From Acidobacteriota bacterium (lineage in GTDB: Bacteria; Acidobacteriota; Vicinamibacteria; Vicinamibacterales; 2-12-FULL-66-21), in contig JBKPSH010000074.1 in NCBI GenBank assembly GCA_046734955.1, positions 8,698 through 72,697 on the forward strand: DNA of 64,000 bases, given 5' to 3'. Below are positions 21,072 through 31,059 of the stretch, piece by piece. A program made the translations under genes and the position numbers. The first letter of the stretch is position 1. Every line of letters starts with the position of its first letter. A model generated the notes under the pieces. It was given only the letters and a program-made list of their open reading frames with translations, did no database searches and was not told where the DNA came from.

Positions 21072-23429
21072 ATGACCGACATCCGTTACGCACTGCGGAC
21101 ACTGCTTCGCGCGCCTGGCTTCACCGTCGTCGCGATTCTGACGCTTGCGCTCGGCATCGGCGCGACGACCGCGATCTTCAGCGTCGTCAATGCCGTGCTG
21201 CTGCGACCGCTGCCCTACACCGATCCCGATCGACTCGTGATGACGCGGGGTTCGCTTGCCGACTTGCGCGATCTCGACGCGGCCAATCACTCGTTTGAAG
21301 AAATGGCAGTCTGGGCGTCGAACATGTACAACCTTCGCGTCGGCGACAACTCGGAACAGGTTCTGGCAGGCCAGGTCACACGCAATCTGCTGCCACTGCT
21401 GGGCGTTCAGCCGCTCATCGGACGCAATTTCACCGAAGAAGACGACCGCCAGGACACGGTCATTCTGGGCTACGGGCTGTGGCAGCGCCGGTTCGGCGGC
21501 GATCATCAGGTCATCGGAACAACAATCAATCTGAGCGGGACCACCTACACCGTCATCGGCATTACACCGCCATGGTTCCGGTTCCCTGACGCGACGTTTC
21601 AACTCTGGGCGCCGCTGAGCATGATTGACCGTACGGCACCCGAGCAGGCAAAGAATCGCGCATTTCGCATTTTCCGCGCGGTCGCCAGGTTGAAACCCGA
21701 GGTCAGCATCACGCAGGCGCAATCGGAAATCCGATCGTTCAGCGAGCGACTGGCGCGCGAGTTTCCGGCGACCAACGAAGGCGTCACCTACGAGGTGCAG
21801 ATGCTCTCGGAACAGCTGGTGCAAAATGCGCGGCCGGTTTTGCGCGTACTCCTCGGCACGGTGCTGCTCCTGCTCCTGATTGCGTGCGCGAACGTCGCCA
21901 ACCTGATGCTTGCGCGAGCGACAGTCCGCGAGCGCGAAATGGCGATACGGGCGGCTCTTGGTGCCGGGCGTGCGCGACTGGTTCGTCTCCTGGTGACGGA
22001 AAGTCTGGTCCTTGCCGTCCTTGGCGGCACAGTCGGAGTGATCGTAGCGATGTGGGGAGTCGACTTGCTGCCGGCGGTGCTCGAAGCTCGTGTGCCGCGT
22101 GCGGATGGAATCCGAATCGATGCCGTCGTCCTGCTGTTCTCCGCATGTGCCACGCTCATCACCGGACTCATCTTCGGTCTGACGCCGGCGATGCAGACGG
22201 CTGGCGGACACGCCGAATCACTCAAAGACAGCGGCCGGAGTGTTGCGGGAACCGTTCGCGGTCGACGCTTGCGTCAGACGATCGCTGTTGTCGAAGTCGC
22301 ACTTGCCGTGATCGTTCTGCTCGGTGCCGGCCTGCTCGTCCGCAGCTTTCTGACGCTGAGTGGAACCGATCCAGGGTTCACGCCGACGCAACTGTTGTCG
22401 TTCAACGTTCAATTCATTTCGCTGCCGGACGTCGCCGCCCGTGGCCAGGTCGCCGCTACCTTGATCGATCGATTGAGCCACGTGCCGGGAGTCGAAGCGG
22501 CCGGCGCGGCGACCGGCTTCCCCAGCGTTACCGCGCAGCGCGGAACACGCTTCGCCATCGACGGCCGAACGTTGACCGCCGACGAGGACTCTGCCTATTT
22601 CATCGCCGCGACACCGGGATACTTCAATGCGCTTCGCGCGCCGGTTCTTCAGGGCCGCGCAATTGATGCGACCGACCGCGCCGGAGGCGAACCGATCGCG
22701 GTCATCAACCGCACATTCGCGTCGCAGTTCTTTCCGGCGGGAGATGCGGTCGGGCATCGGCTCCGTATCATCAACCCCGAACAGTCGGCGGAATGGCGAA
22801 CGATCGTGGGCGTTGTCGGCGACATCAAGTACCGCGGATTGCACGAGGACACGCCGCCTACTCTCTACACACCATTCGCGCAGACACCGTTCATGTGGCT
22901 CTACGTCATGGTCAGAACACCGGGCAGGCTCGACTCCTTATCGGCGACATTGCGCTCACTGGTCCCCGCGGTGGAGCCGTCACTGACCGCCGGAAACATC
23001 AGGCCGATGACCGACGTGATCGCGCAGGGTATCTCCGGACCGCGTTTTAACATGCTGCTCGTGTCCGCGTTTGCCGGACTCGCACTGCTTTTGTCGTCTA
23101 TCGGGATTTACGGAGTGATCGCGTACTCGGTCGCACAACGATCCCAGGAGATCGGGGTTCGCATGGCGTTGGGCGCCGCGCGTGGCGACATCCTGCGACT
23201 CGTCATTCGTGAAGGCGTCGTGATTGCGCTTGGCGGAATTGCTCTCGGCCTCGTCGGCTCATTCGCGTTGGGGCGGGTCATGACCGGGTTGCTCGTCGGC
23301 GTATCCGCGCGCGACCCGCTCACGTTCGCAGTTGGCGCGGTCGCGCTCTTCGTGATCGCGCTCCTCGCCGGTTACGCGCCTGCGCTTCGCGCTTCCCGCA
23401 TCGCGCCGTCTGATGCATTGCGCGCGTAG
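21072..23429 (+). CDS. ADOP family permease, paralog 5
   Basis: 785 aa. [33 protein letters not shown]...; same two-FtsX architecture. Confidence 0.85.
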   Translation: MTDIRYALRTLLRAPGFTVVAILTLALGIGATTAIFSVVNAVLLRPLPYTDPDRLVMTRGSLADLRDLDAANHSFEEMAVWASNMYNLRVGDNSEQVLAGQVTRNLLPLLGVQPLIGRNFTEEDDRQDTVILGYGLWQRRFGGDHQVIGTTINLSGTTYTVIGITPPWFRFPDATFQLWAPLSMIDRTAPEQAKNRAFRIFRAVARLKPEVSITQAQSEIRSFSERLAREFPATNEGVTYEVQMLSEQLVQNARPVLRVLLGTVLLLLLIACANVANLMLARATVREREMAIRAALGAGRARLVRLLVTESLVLAVLGGTVGVIVAMWGVDLLPAVLEARVPRADGIRIDAVVLLFSACATLITGLIFGLTPAMQTAGGHAESLKDSGRSVAGTVRGRRLRQTIAVVEVALAVIVLLGAGLLVRSFLTLSGTDPGFTPTQLLSFNVQFISLPDVAARGQVAATLIDRLSHVPGVEAAGAATGFPSVTAQRGTRFAIDGRTLTADEDSAYFIAATPGYFNALRAPVLQGRAIDATDRAGGEPIAVINRTFASQFFPAGDAVGHRLRIINPEQSAEWRTIVGVVGDIKYRGLHEDTPPTLYTPFAQTPFMWLYVMVRTPGRLDSLSATLRSLVPAVEPSLTAGNIRPMTDVIAQGISGPRFNMLLVSAFAGLALLLSSIGIYGVIAYSVAQRSQEIGVRMALGAARGDILRLVIREGVVIALGGIALGLVGSFALGRVMTGLLVGVSARDPLTFAVGAVALFVIALLAGYAPALRASRIAPSDALRA

Positions 23430-23467
23430 AAAGGGAAAAGGCACAAGGGAAAAGGGAAAAGGAAAGG
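23430..23467. repeat. 38-bp purine-rich left inverted repeat of four-helix-bundle cassette 2
   Basis: aaagggaaaaggcacaagggaaaagggaaaaggaaagg starts at the base after the ADOP5 stop. Its reverse complement matches 24046-24083 at 33 of 38 positions (my manual alignment). Confidence 0.85.
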
Positions 23468-23599
23468 TAACAAGGCAGCAAGCCAAAAAGAGCGACCTTG
23501 CCACCCAGCCAGAGGTTGCATTTACTGCGACGTCAGCAGAAACGACCTCGAAATTCCTCGTGAATCTTGAGCGGAACGGCGCGTGCATCGTTGTGCGAC

Positions 23600-24028
23600 A
23601 TGGCTCAGAAACCGTACGACTTTCGCCAGCGCTCGTTTCTGTTCGCGTGCGACATCGTCGCATTTGCGCGAATCGTCGCCGCCCGAGGTTACATCTTCGG
23701 CCGACTCGCGACGCAGTTGGTCAAGTCTGGTGCATCCGTCGGCGCAAATCTGGAAGAAAGTGTCGACGGACAATCGAAACCCGACTTCACTTCGAAGCAA
23801 TCGATCGCATTGAAAGAGGCGCGTGAAGCGCGATTCTGGCTTCGGCTCATCGCCGCGAGCGAACCCTCACTCGCCCCGCGCGCTCAGCCACTCATTACCG
23901 AAGCATCAGAATTCGTCGCGATGCTGACGGCATCTGTGAAGACCGCCAAATCCAACCCGTACCGAGGAGCAAGGCGAGCTGCAATCGGCTGCCTTGTCCT
24001 CTTTGTGGTTCTTCTGCTGTGGCAGTAA
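23600..24028 (+). CDS. Four-helix-bundle protein (23S rRNA intervening-sequence protein / Avd-like family), second copy
   Basis: ORF track 23567..24028. ATG 23600 gives MAQKPYDFRQRSFLFACDIVAFARIV...LATQLVKSGASVGANLEES...LKEAREARFWLRLI. Has a hydrophobic C-terminal tail. Confidence 0.85.
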   Translation: MAQKPYDFRQRSFLFACDIVAFARIVAARGYIFGRLATQLVKSGASVGANLEESVDGQSKPDFTSKQSIALKEAREARFWLRLIAASEPSLAPRAQPLITEASEFVAMLTASVKTAKSNPYRGARRAAIGCLVLFVVLLLWQ

Positions 24029-24045
24029 TGCCCGCTCGGCTTTGA

Positions 24046-24083
24046 CCTTTCCTTTTCCCTTGTGCCTTTTCCCTTGTCCCTTT
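24046..24083. repeat. 38-bp pyrimidine-rich right inverted repeat of cassette 2
   Basis: cctttccttttcccttgtgccttttcccttgtcccttt, complementary to 23430-23467. Confidence 0.85.
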
Positions 24084-24134
24084 CGGGGGCGAGGTCATTC
24101 CGTCGAGCTGAGCGTTCTCCTGCGACGGCGCTTT

Positions 24135-24755
24135 CTACGGACGAATCGCGACTTCGTACGAAGCAACTTCGGCTGGACTGGCACCGCCGACAACGCGGGT
24201 AAGCGCGATCTCGTACGCGCCGGGTGCGAAGACGTCGCCGGTGATCAACGCCGTCACCATTCGCTTGTCGTCCACGGTCGCCGCGGTCAGCGCGCTTCGT
24301 GACCATACGGTGTCGCCGCCACTCCACGTCCGGATCGCAATGCTGTAGCGCGCGTCCCGTGTTTCGGTGCGACCGGGAAGTAAAAGCCGCAGTTGAATCG
24401 CTTGATGATCGGCTGGTTTTGCGACGGTCGGATCGGGCGGCTCCGCGCCTCTCTTGATCAACGGAGAGAGCGTGAGCGTCGGCTGCGTGACGGGAGCGCC
24501 CGTGCCGTGCTGGCGCGCGAGCTGGAGCGCCACCGCTTCGCGTGCCGCCCGGTCGCGCGCTGCCTGTGCGCTCAACTTGTCGAATTCGAGGCGTGCATTC
24601 AGGTCGGCGGCGCGCAATGATGCGATTTCCGTTCGCGCCCGTAACAACGCGGCGCCCTCTCCTACGGCAACGAGGACGAGCACGATACCGAGAGCGACGA
24701 AGAGCCATTGAAGGCCCGGACGTTCGAGCCCACTCACCGGACGCATGACGCCCAC
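24135..24755 (-). CDS. Hypothetical membrane-anchored protein with coiled-coil segment
   Basis: 206-aa ORF. One TM (WLFVALGIVLVLVAV) followed by a heptad-like Ala/Arg/Leu-rich stretch. No recognised family. Confidence 0.5.
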   Translation of the reverse strand: MGVMRPVSGLERPGLQWLFVALGIVLVLVAVGEGAALLRARTEIASLRAADLNARLEFDKLSAQAARDRAAREAVALQLARQHGTGAPVTQPTLTLSPLIKRGAEPPDPTVAKPADHQAIQLRLLLPGRTETRDARYSIAIRTWSGGDTVWSRSALTAATVDDKRMVTALITGDVFAPGAYEIALTRVVGGASPAEVASYEVAIRP

Positions 24756-24816
24756 ACGATATACTGTTCCTCGCCTATCCCCAATTCTTCAGGACCTGCA
24801 GCGAGGTACGCTCTGC

Positions 24817-27800
24817 ATGTTTGCCGTCCGACAGATCTCCACTGCGCTGGTTTTGACCGCGGCACTTGGTGCGGCGGTCGTGGCACAAGACACAATCGCT
24901 CCTCAGTCATCGACGAGCGCCACCGACAAGAATCAAGGCTCGACACCGAAGGAATTCAAGGCGCTCAAATATCGATTGATTGGACCCGCCGCCGGCGGAC
25001 GCGTGGCACGCGCAGCAGGCGTAGCCGGTGATCCGGCGACCTACTACCTTGCTGCCGCCTCCGGCGGCGTCTGGAAGTCAACTGACGGCGGTGCCAGTTG
25101 GAAGCCCGTCTTCGACGATCAACCGATCTCCTCGATCGGATCGATCGCGATCTCGCCGTCGAACCCGAGCATCGTGTATGTCGGATCCGGCGAAGCGAAT
25201 ATTCGCGGCAACGTCGCCGCCGGTAACGGCATCTACAAATCGTCCGACGCAGGCAAAACGTGGGCGCACGTGTGGGACCACGAAGGGCAGATCGGCAAGA
25301 TGGTCGTCCATCCAGAAAATCCGGATATCGCGTTCGCCGCGGTCCTCGGTCACGCGTTCGGACCCAATGCCGATCGTGGCGTGTTTCGCACGAAGGACGG
25401 CGGAAAAACATGGGTTCAGGTTTTGAAGAAAGACGAGAGCACCGGCGCGTCGGACGTCGAGATGGATCCGTCCAACCCGCTCGTCATCTTCGCAGGGTTC
25501 TGGCAGGCGCGCCGCTTTCCGTGGGACCTCGTCAGCGGCGGACCAGGCAGCGGCCTCTATGTGTCGCGCGACGGCGGCGACACATGGAAACAACTCAAGG
25601 GAGAAGGCCTGCCCGACGGGATCTGGGGAAAGATCGGCATTGCGATCGCTCCGTCGGACAGCCGACGGGTGTACGCGCTAATCGAAGCCGACAAAGGCGG
25701 ACTGTTTCGATCCGACGACGGTGGCGCAACGTGGCAGCTGGCGAATCCTGCCCGCGCGCTGCGGCAGCGGGCCTGGTATTACTCGACACTGACCGTCAGT
25801 CCAACCAATCGCGAGGACCTGTGGTTTCCACAGGTGCCGATGCTTCACTCGATCGACGGCGGCAAGACGATCCAGTACGTCAAGGGCCTGCACCATGGCG
25901 ATCATCATGACGTCTGGATCGATCCGAAGAATCCGAAACGGATGATCGCCGCCAACGATGGCGGCGTCGACATTTCGACCAATGGCGGGGAATCGTGGTT
26001 CGCGCCGCCGCTTCCGCTCGGTCAGTTCTATCACGTGTCGGTCGACAACCGCAGACCCTATCACGTGGCCGGCGCGATGCAGGACCTCGGCACCGCCCAG
26101 GGACCGAGTCAAACCTTCGGCCGCAACATCGCCTTATCGGACTGGCACAATGTCGGCGGCGGCGAAGCCGGTCACGTCGTTTCCGACGCGAGCGATCCAA
26201 ACATCGTCTATGCGGGCGAGTACCTCGGCATCATCACCCGATACGATCACCGCACCGGCGAGTCGCGGAACGTCAGCGCCTGGCCCGAGAATCCTTCGGG
26301 CCACGGCGGCGAGGACATGAAATATCGCTTCCAGTGGACCGCGCCAATTGCCGCCTCTCCGCACGACGCGAAAGTGATTTATCACGGCGCGCAAGTGATC
26401 TTCCGCACGACCAACGGCGGTCAGAGCTGGGACGTGATCTCGCCGGACCTGACGCGCAACGACAAATCGAAACAGAAATGGGCCGGCGGACCCATCACCG
26501 GCGACAACACCGGCGTCGAAACCTACGACACCGTATTCGCCATCGCTGAATCGCCGATGCAGAAGGGGTTGATCTGGGCGGGCACCGACGATGGGCTCGT
26601 GCATGTGACCCGCGATGGCGGACAGACCTGGACGAACGTGACCGCCGCAATGACCGGCATGCCCGAGTGGGGCACGGTCACGATGATCGAGCCCTCACCG
26701 TTCGATCCCTCAATCGCCTATGTCGTAGTGGACGCCCATCGACTCGACAATGTGCACCCCTTTCTGTTCAAGACCGCGGACTACGGGCAGACATGGAAGC
26801 GACTGGACGCGAAGCTGCCGCAGGACGTTTACCTCCACGCGGTTCGCGAGGATCCGAAGAAGAAGGGGCAGCTGTATCTGGGCACGGAACGTGGCGTCAT
26901 GTTCTCAACCGACGGCGGCGAAACGTGGCGGGATCTCAGGCTGAACCTGCCGACAGTGGCAGTGCACGATCTTGTCGTCAAAGATGATGATCTGGTCGTC
27001 GCCACGCACGGCCGTTCGCTGTGGATTTTTGACGACCTGCGGCCGGTTCGCGATTTCAACGCCGCTATTGCTTCTTCCTCTTTTCACCTCTTCCCTGTCG
27101 CCGATCCGATCCGGTGGCGGCTCGGAAGCGATGCATATGGCGCGAAAGCCGCGGGCTTTCCCAACCCGCCGCCCGGCGTCTCCATTTCCTATTTCCTGAA
27201 AGAGAAAGCCAAGGGTGAGGTGAAAATCGAAATCCTCGACGGTCAAGGCACTGTCGTTCGAAAGCTCACCAGCATCCCGCGTGAACCGGATGGCAGCGAC
27301 GACAACGAAGATCCCGAAGAACTCAAGAAAGCCGCGCTGTCGGTCGAGGCTGGCGTGCAGCGGACGTCGTGGGATCTCGCCTGGCAGGGGGCCGCGAAGA
27401 TTAAAGGCGGCAAGATCGACACCGGGGATCCGATCGATGGTCCACGTGCGGTGCCCGGCCCCTATACGGTGCGTCTCACCGTCGATGGCAAAACCCAAAC
27501 GGCGCCGATACAGATCCTGCCGGATCCTCGCGGTGGAATCAGCCAGGCCGATCTCGAAGCTCAAGTCGCCCATGCGCTGCGCGTGCGGGACGACGTGACG
27601 AAGTTGACGTCTCTCGTCAACGATTTGCGCTCGGTCAAGGAGCAACTGAAGGCACGGTCGAAAGCGCTCGAACCACGCAAAGAAGAATCCGGCGTGACGG
27701 AACTGATGAAAGCCTCGGACGATGTCATCGAGAAAGCGGACGCGCTCGAAGACAAGCTGCACAACCGCACGGCGGAAGTCGTGTACGACATTCTCGCGAT

Positions 27801-28020
27801 GCGTGGCGGCACGCGTTTGTACTCGCGACTCGTGCCGCTGCAAACCTGGGCGGTGGAGGGGGACGGTCCGCCGACGGCGGGCATGGTGCAGGTGCTAGAG
27901 GTTCAGGAGAAGGAACTCGCCGAGCTGGAGCGCGAAACGCGAAACTTCATCGAGGAAGAAGTCGGCACACTCAATGCCACGGCGGTCAAGCTTGGGCTGT
28001 CATTCGTCATTGTGAAGTGA
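24817..28020 (+). CDS. Sortilin/VPS10-type BNR-repeat beta-propeller protein, paralog 2
   Basis: ORF track 24745..28020. ATG 24817 gives the signal peptide MFAVRQISTALVLTAALGAAVVAQ. Many Asp-box motifs (STDGGASW, SSDAGKTW, TKDGGKTW, SRDGGDTW, SDDGGATW, SIDGGKT, TTNGGQSW, TRDGGQTW, TADYGQTW, STDGGETW). C-terminal helical extension. Confidence 0.8.
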   Translation: MFAVRQISTALVLTAALGAAVVAQDTIAPQSSTSATDKNQGSTPKEFKALKYRLIGPAAGGRVARAAGVAGDPATYYLAAASGGVWKSTDGGASWKPVFDDQPISSIGSIAISPSNPSIVYVGSGEANIRGNVAAGNGIYKSSDAGKTWAHVWDHEGQIGKMVVHPENPDIAFAAVLGHAFGPNADRGVFRTKDGGKTWVQVLKKDESTGASDVEMDPSNPLVIFAGFWQARRFPWDLVSGGPGSGLYVSRDGGDTWKQLKGEGLPDGIWGKIGIAIAPSDSRRVYALIEADKGGLFRSDDGGATWQLANPARALRQRAWYYSTLTVSPTNREDLWFPQVPMLHSIDGGKTIQYVKGLHHGDHHDVWIDPKNPKRMIAANDGGVDISTNGGESWFAPPLPLGQFYHVSVDNRRPYHVAGAMQDLGTAQGPSQTFGRNIALSDWHNVGGGEAGHVVSDASDPNIVYAGEYLGIITRYDHRTGESRNVSAWPENPSGHGGEDMKYRFQWTAPIAASPHDAKVIYHGAQVIFRTTNGGQSWDVISPDLTRNDKSKQKWAGGPITGDNTGVETYDTVFAIAESPMQKGLIWAGTDDGLVHVTRDGGQTWTNVTAAMTGMPEWGTVTMIEPSPFDPSIAYVVVDAHRLDNVHPFLFKTADYGQTWKRLDAKLPQDVYLHAVREDPKKKGQLYLGTERGVMFSTDGGETWRDLRLNLPTVAVHDLVVKDDDLVVATHGRSLWIFDDLRPVRDFNAAIASSSFHLFPVADPIRWRLGSDAYGAKAAGFPNPPPGVSISYFLKEKAKGEVKIEILDGQGTVVRKLTSIPREPDGSDDNEDPEELKKAALSVEAGVQRTSWDLAWQGAAKIKGGKIDTGDPIDGPRAVPGPYTVRLTVDGKTQTAPIQILPDPRGGISQADLEAQVAHALRVRDDVTKLTSLVNDLRSVKEQLKARSKALEPRKEESGVTELMKASDDVIEKADALEDKLHNRTAEVVYDILAMRGGTRLYSRLVPLQTWAVEGDGPPTAGMVQVLEVQEKELAELERETRNFIEEEVGTLNATAVKLGLSFVIVK

Positions 28021-28155
28021 AGTCCCCTACAGTGTCTGAACCGTGAACTAACTCAGCCGCAAAACACACGCTAACTAGCCGGTATTTGACTGGTGCGATT
28101 GTTGCTCACTCCTGACTAGATAGGCGTGTGACTTCATACGCAAAGGAGATAACGC

Positions 28156-28803
28156 ATGAGCCTTCGAACTTGGATCGCGGCGCTCGCTCTAGGTGCCTTG
28201 ACGGTTGCGCCCGCAGCTTCGGCACAGACGAGCACGGCCGCGAAAAACGACAGCGCGATCAAAGGTCGGGTTGAAGCGCGTTTGAACAATGTGGAATCGC
28301 TGAAGGACGAACACATCACCGTGTCGGTCGATAACGGTGTCGTCACGCTGAAGGGAGACGTCCGCACCGCAGCCGACCGAGAGCGTGCCGCGGAGCTGGC
28401 GAAGGTTCCCGGCGTAACCAGCGTCGAAAACAAGCTGGAAGTGGAAGGGTCCGAGAAGGGTGTGGCATCGAAGACCAAGGACGCGACGACCAAGGGCGCG
28501 GAGAAGACCAAAGACGCGACGGTCAAGGGCGCGAAGAAGACAGGCGAAGCGACCAAGGACGTGGCTGGAACGACCGGTGAAGTGATTAACGACGCGTGGA
28601 TCACGTCGAAGATCAGCGCCGACTTCGTCAACGAAGACACGCTCAAGGGCAGCGACATCAACGTCGACACCAAGGACCATGTGGTGACGTTGAAGGGCAC
28701 AGTGGCGTCGGCGGCTGGAAAAGCCCGCGCGGAAGAGATCGCGAAGACGACCAAGGGCGTGAAGCGCGTCAACAACACGCTGACGATCGGACCGAAGAAG
28801 TAA
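28156..28803 (+). CDS. BON-domain protein (OsmY-like, two BON domains)
   Basis: Signal peptide, then two BON units (HITVSVDNGVVTLKGDVRT...VPGVTSVENKLEV and DINVDTKDHVVTLKGTVAS...KGVKRVNNTLTI). They are joined by a KTKDAT-type repeat linker. Confidence 0.8.
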   Translation: MSLRTWIAALALGALTVAPAASAQTSTAAKNDSAIKGRVEARLNNVESLKDEHITVSVDNGVVTLKGDVRTAADRERAAELAKVPGVTSVENKLEVEGSEKGVASKTKDATTKGAEKTKDATVKGAKKTGEATKDVAGTTGEVINDAWITSKISADFVNEDTLKGSDINVDTKDHVVTLKGTVASAAGKARAEEIAKTTKGVKRVNNTLTIGPKK

Positions 28804-28811
28804 GGGCTGCC

Positions 28812-29948
28812 TCACGCGGCGCGTTTCCGGCTTCGTGAAACGGCCAACGAGAGCACGATCAATCCCCAGGCGGCGAGCGCTGCTGCCTGGGGCCACAACA
28901 GATCGAGCCCGATCCCTTTCAGGAATATTCCCCGCACGATAATCAAGAAATAACGCAGCGGAATCAGGTAGGTGAACACCTGAATTACCGACGGCATGTT
29001 CTCGATCGGAAAAATAAATCCGGAGAGATAAATCATCGGGGTCAGAAAGAAGAACGTGGCGGTCATCATCGCCTGCTGCTGCGTCTCCGAAATCGTCGAG
29101 ATGAACAGGCCCAGCGCAAGCGTGCACAGCACGTAGAGCAAACTCATCCCAAGCAACAGCAGGAAACTCCCGCGCAACGGGACCTCGAACCAGAACACAG
29201 CGACGGCGACAACAAGCACCACATCGATCATCGCAATCGCGCCGTACGGAAGCAGTTTTCCGACGATCAACTCCCAGCGCCGGAGCGGCGTCACATTCAG
29301 CTGCTCGAGCGTGCCGAGTTCCTTTTCGCGCACGATTGCCATCGATGCCAGATTCGCGGTCACGACGAGAAGAACGAGTGCGAGAACCCCGGGAATCATG
29401 AAGTGACGGCTTTCGAGCTGTGGATTGAACCAGATGCGGATTCGCGGCTCGATGCCGCCTGGCTGCTGCCTCACGGCGGTGGACGGATTGGCGGCCATGC
29501 GCCCCTCGACGATCTCCTGTGCGTAGGCCCCGATCACGGTCGTGGCGTACCCGAGTGCGACGGTGGTCGAGTTGGAATCGCTGCCGTCGGCGATGAGCTG
29601 AAGCCGCACGGGAACATCTGCCCTGATGTTCGCTCCGTAACCGGCTGGAATTGACAGCGCGAGCCACGCTTTGCCCAGCTCCAGATACGGTTCCACTTCG
29701 GGAGTCGTAGACACCACGCCAGCGAGCGAAAAATTGCGCGAGCCATCGAAGCGGGCAATGAGTTCACGACTCGCGGGCGAGCGATCGCCGTCAGCGACCA
29801 CCACCGGCACATCGCGCACGTCGGTCGTGGCCGCGTATCCGAGCATCGTCAACTGGACGATGGGAGCGATGACGACCACGCCAAACAGCTTCGGATCTTT
29901 TCGCAGCTCGAGGAATTCCTTCCACACGAGAAACCGGAGCCGTTGCAC
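28812..29948 (-). CDS. ABC-2 type transporter permease (YbhR/YbhS-like)
   Basis: ORF track 28812..30044. GTG at 29948 lies 1 nt after the upstream stop and gives VQRLRFLVWKEFLELRKDPKLF, the typical ABC-2 N-terminus. Six TM segments at the C-terminal half. Confidence 0.8.
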   Translation of the reverse strand: MQRLRFLVWKEFLELRKDPKLFGVVVIAPIVQLTMLGYAATTDVRDVPVVVADGDRSPASRELIARFDGSRNFSLAGVVSTTPEVEPYLELGKAWLALSIPAGYGANIRADVPVRLQLIADGSDSNSTTVALGYATTVIGAYAQEIVEGRMAANPSTAVRQQPGGIEPRIRIWFNPQLESRHFMIPGVLALVLLVVTANLASMAIVREKELGTLEQLNVTPLRRWELIVGKLLPYGAIAMIDVVLVVAVAVFWFEVPLRGSFLLLLGMSLLYVLCTLALGLFISTISETQQQAMMTATFFFLTPMIYLSGFIFPIENMPSVIQVFTYLIPLRYFLIIVRGIFLKGIGLDLLWPQAAALAAWGLIVLSLAVSRSRKRAA

Positions 29949-29949
29949 G

Positions 29950-31059
29950 TCAGGCTCGCTCTCTCGCCAGGCGCAGCGATGCAAGACCGAGCATCGCGGC
30001 CGCGTAAACGCCCAGCGCTGTGAGCTGCGGAAGCAGCGGCGCAAGCGCAGTGCCCTTGAGGACGATGCCGCGCAGCGCGATGAGAAAATATCGCGCCGGA
30101 ACGAGATGCGTGATGAGCTGCAGGGCGGCGGGCATGCTGTTAATCGGAAAGATGAAGCCGGAGAGCATGATCGTAGGAAGGAACGAAATCAGCAGGGCCA
30201 TCTGGAACGCGAGCTGCTGAGTATCGGCGATCGTGGAGATCAGGATCCCTGTGGCGAGCGCCCCAATCAGAAACAACGACAGCGCGATCAACAGCGATAT
30301 CCAGTTCCCGCGCATCGGCAGACCGAACAGAAGCATGGACGCGCCGATGATGAGCGCTGCCGAGGCAAGCGCAATGATGAAATATGGAATCGTCTTGCCA
30401 ATAACGAAGGAAAACGTTCCCAGCGGCGCCATACGGATTTGCTCGATGGTGCCGGTCTCCTTCTCGCGGACGATCGACAGCGCGGTCGAGGCGACGGCAG
30501 TAATCATGGCGATGTAGGCGATCAGGCCGGGTACGAGGAAGAGCGTGCTGCGGAGTTCCGGGTTGTACCAGATACGCGGCTCGACCGAAAGCGGAGGCGC
30601 CAGGTCGGCGCTGCCAGGCGCCAGCTCCTCGTTCACTGTTCGCAGAATACTTCCTGCGTAGCCGAGCACCGCCGTTGCCGTATTCGCGTTATCGCCGCTG
30701 ATGATGACCTGCACCGGTACGGTCCGTCCGGTCCGGACGTCACGACCGAATCCTTCAGCGATGACGAGCACCGCGCGCGCGTCGTTGAGGTCAAGCTTTC
30801 GTTGCGCCTCCTTCGCATCGTAAACGGCCCCGGCAAAATCAAAATATCCGGAGTTGATGAACGCTGAGACGACCGCCCGGCTTTCGGGAGATCCGTCACG
30901 ATCCTGCACCGCCAGCAGCACGTGGCGAATGTCGAAATTGAGCGCGTAACCGTAGAGCAGGAGGAAGAACGCGGGCACGAAGATCAGGATCAGCAACGTG
31001 CGCTGGTCGCGCGCGATTTGACGGAGCTCCTTGCGATAAACGGCGAGCGTCTTCTTCAC
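29950..31059 (-). CDS. ABC-2 type transporter permease (YbhS/YbhR-like)
   Basis: 369 aa. MKKTLAVYRKELRQIARDQRTLLILIF..., a large periplasmic loop, then a C-terminal TM cluster. Start overlaps the ATPase stop. Confidence 0.8.
   Translation of the reverse strand: MKKTLAVYRKELRQIARDQRTLLILIFVPAFFLLLYGYALNFDIRHVLLAVQDRDGSPESRAVVSAFINSGYFDFAGAVYDAKEAQRKLDLNDARAVLVIAEGFGRDVRTGRTVPVQVIISGDNANTATAVLGYAGSILRTVNEELAPGSADLAPPLSVEPRIWYNPELRSTLFLVPGLIAYIAMITAVASTALSIVREKETGTIEQIRMAPLGTFSFVIGKTIPYFIIALASAALIIGASMLLFGLPMRGNWISLLIALSLFLIGALATGILISTIADTQQLAFQMALLISFLPTIMLSGFIFPINSMPAALQLITHLVPARYFLIALRGIVLKGTALAPLLPQLTALGVYAAAMLGLASLRLARERA

Noticed and set aside
23600-24028. Diversity-generating retroelement, because the four-helix-bundle proteins resemble Avd
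   Set aside because: No reverse transcriptase ORF is present in any frame, and I could find no template/variable repeat pair with A-specific differences nearby.
26905-27843. 312-aa antisense ORF inside the second sortilin-like gene. Similar cases at 37320-38315 (+), 44504-45457 (-), 53609-54568 (-) and 61115-62059 (-)
   Set aside because: All overlap genes with strong domain evidence on the other strand and show no recognisable motifs, so they are shadow ORFs.
28189-30867. Antisense ORFs of 492 aa (minus) and 398 aa (plus) over the BON and ABC-2 permease genes
   Set aside because: Same reasoning: low-complexity Arg-rich sequence, and the opposite strand carries clear BON/ABC-2 signatures.
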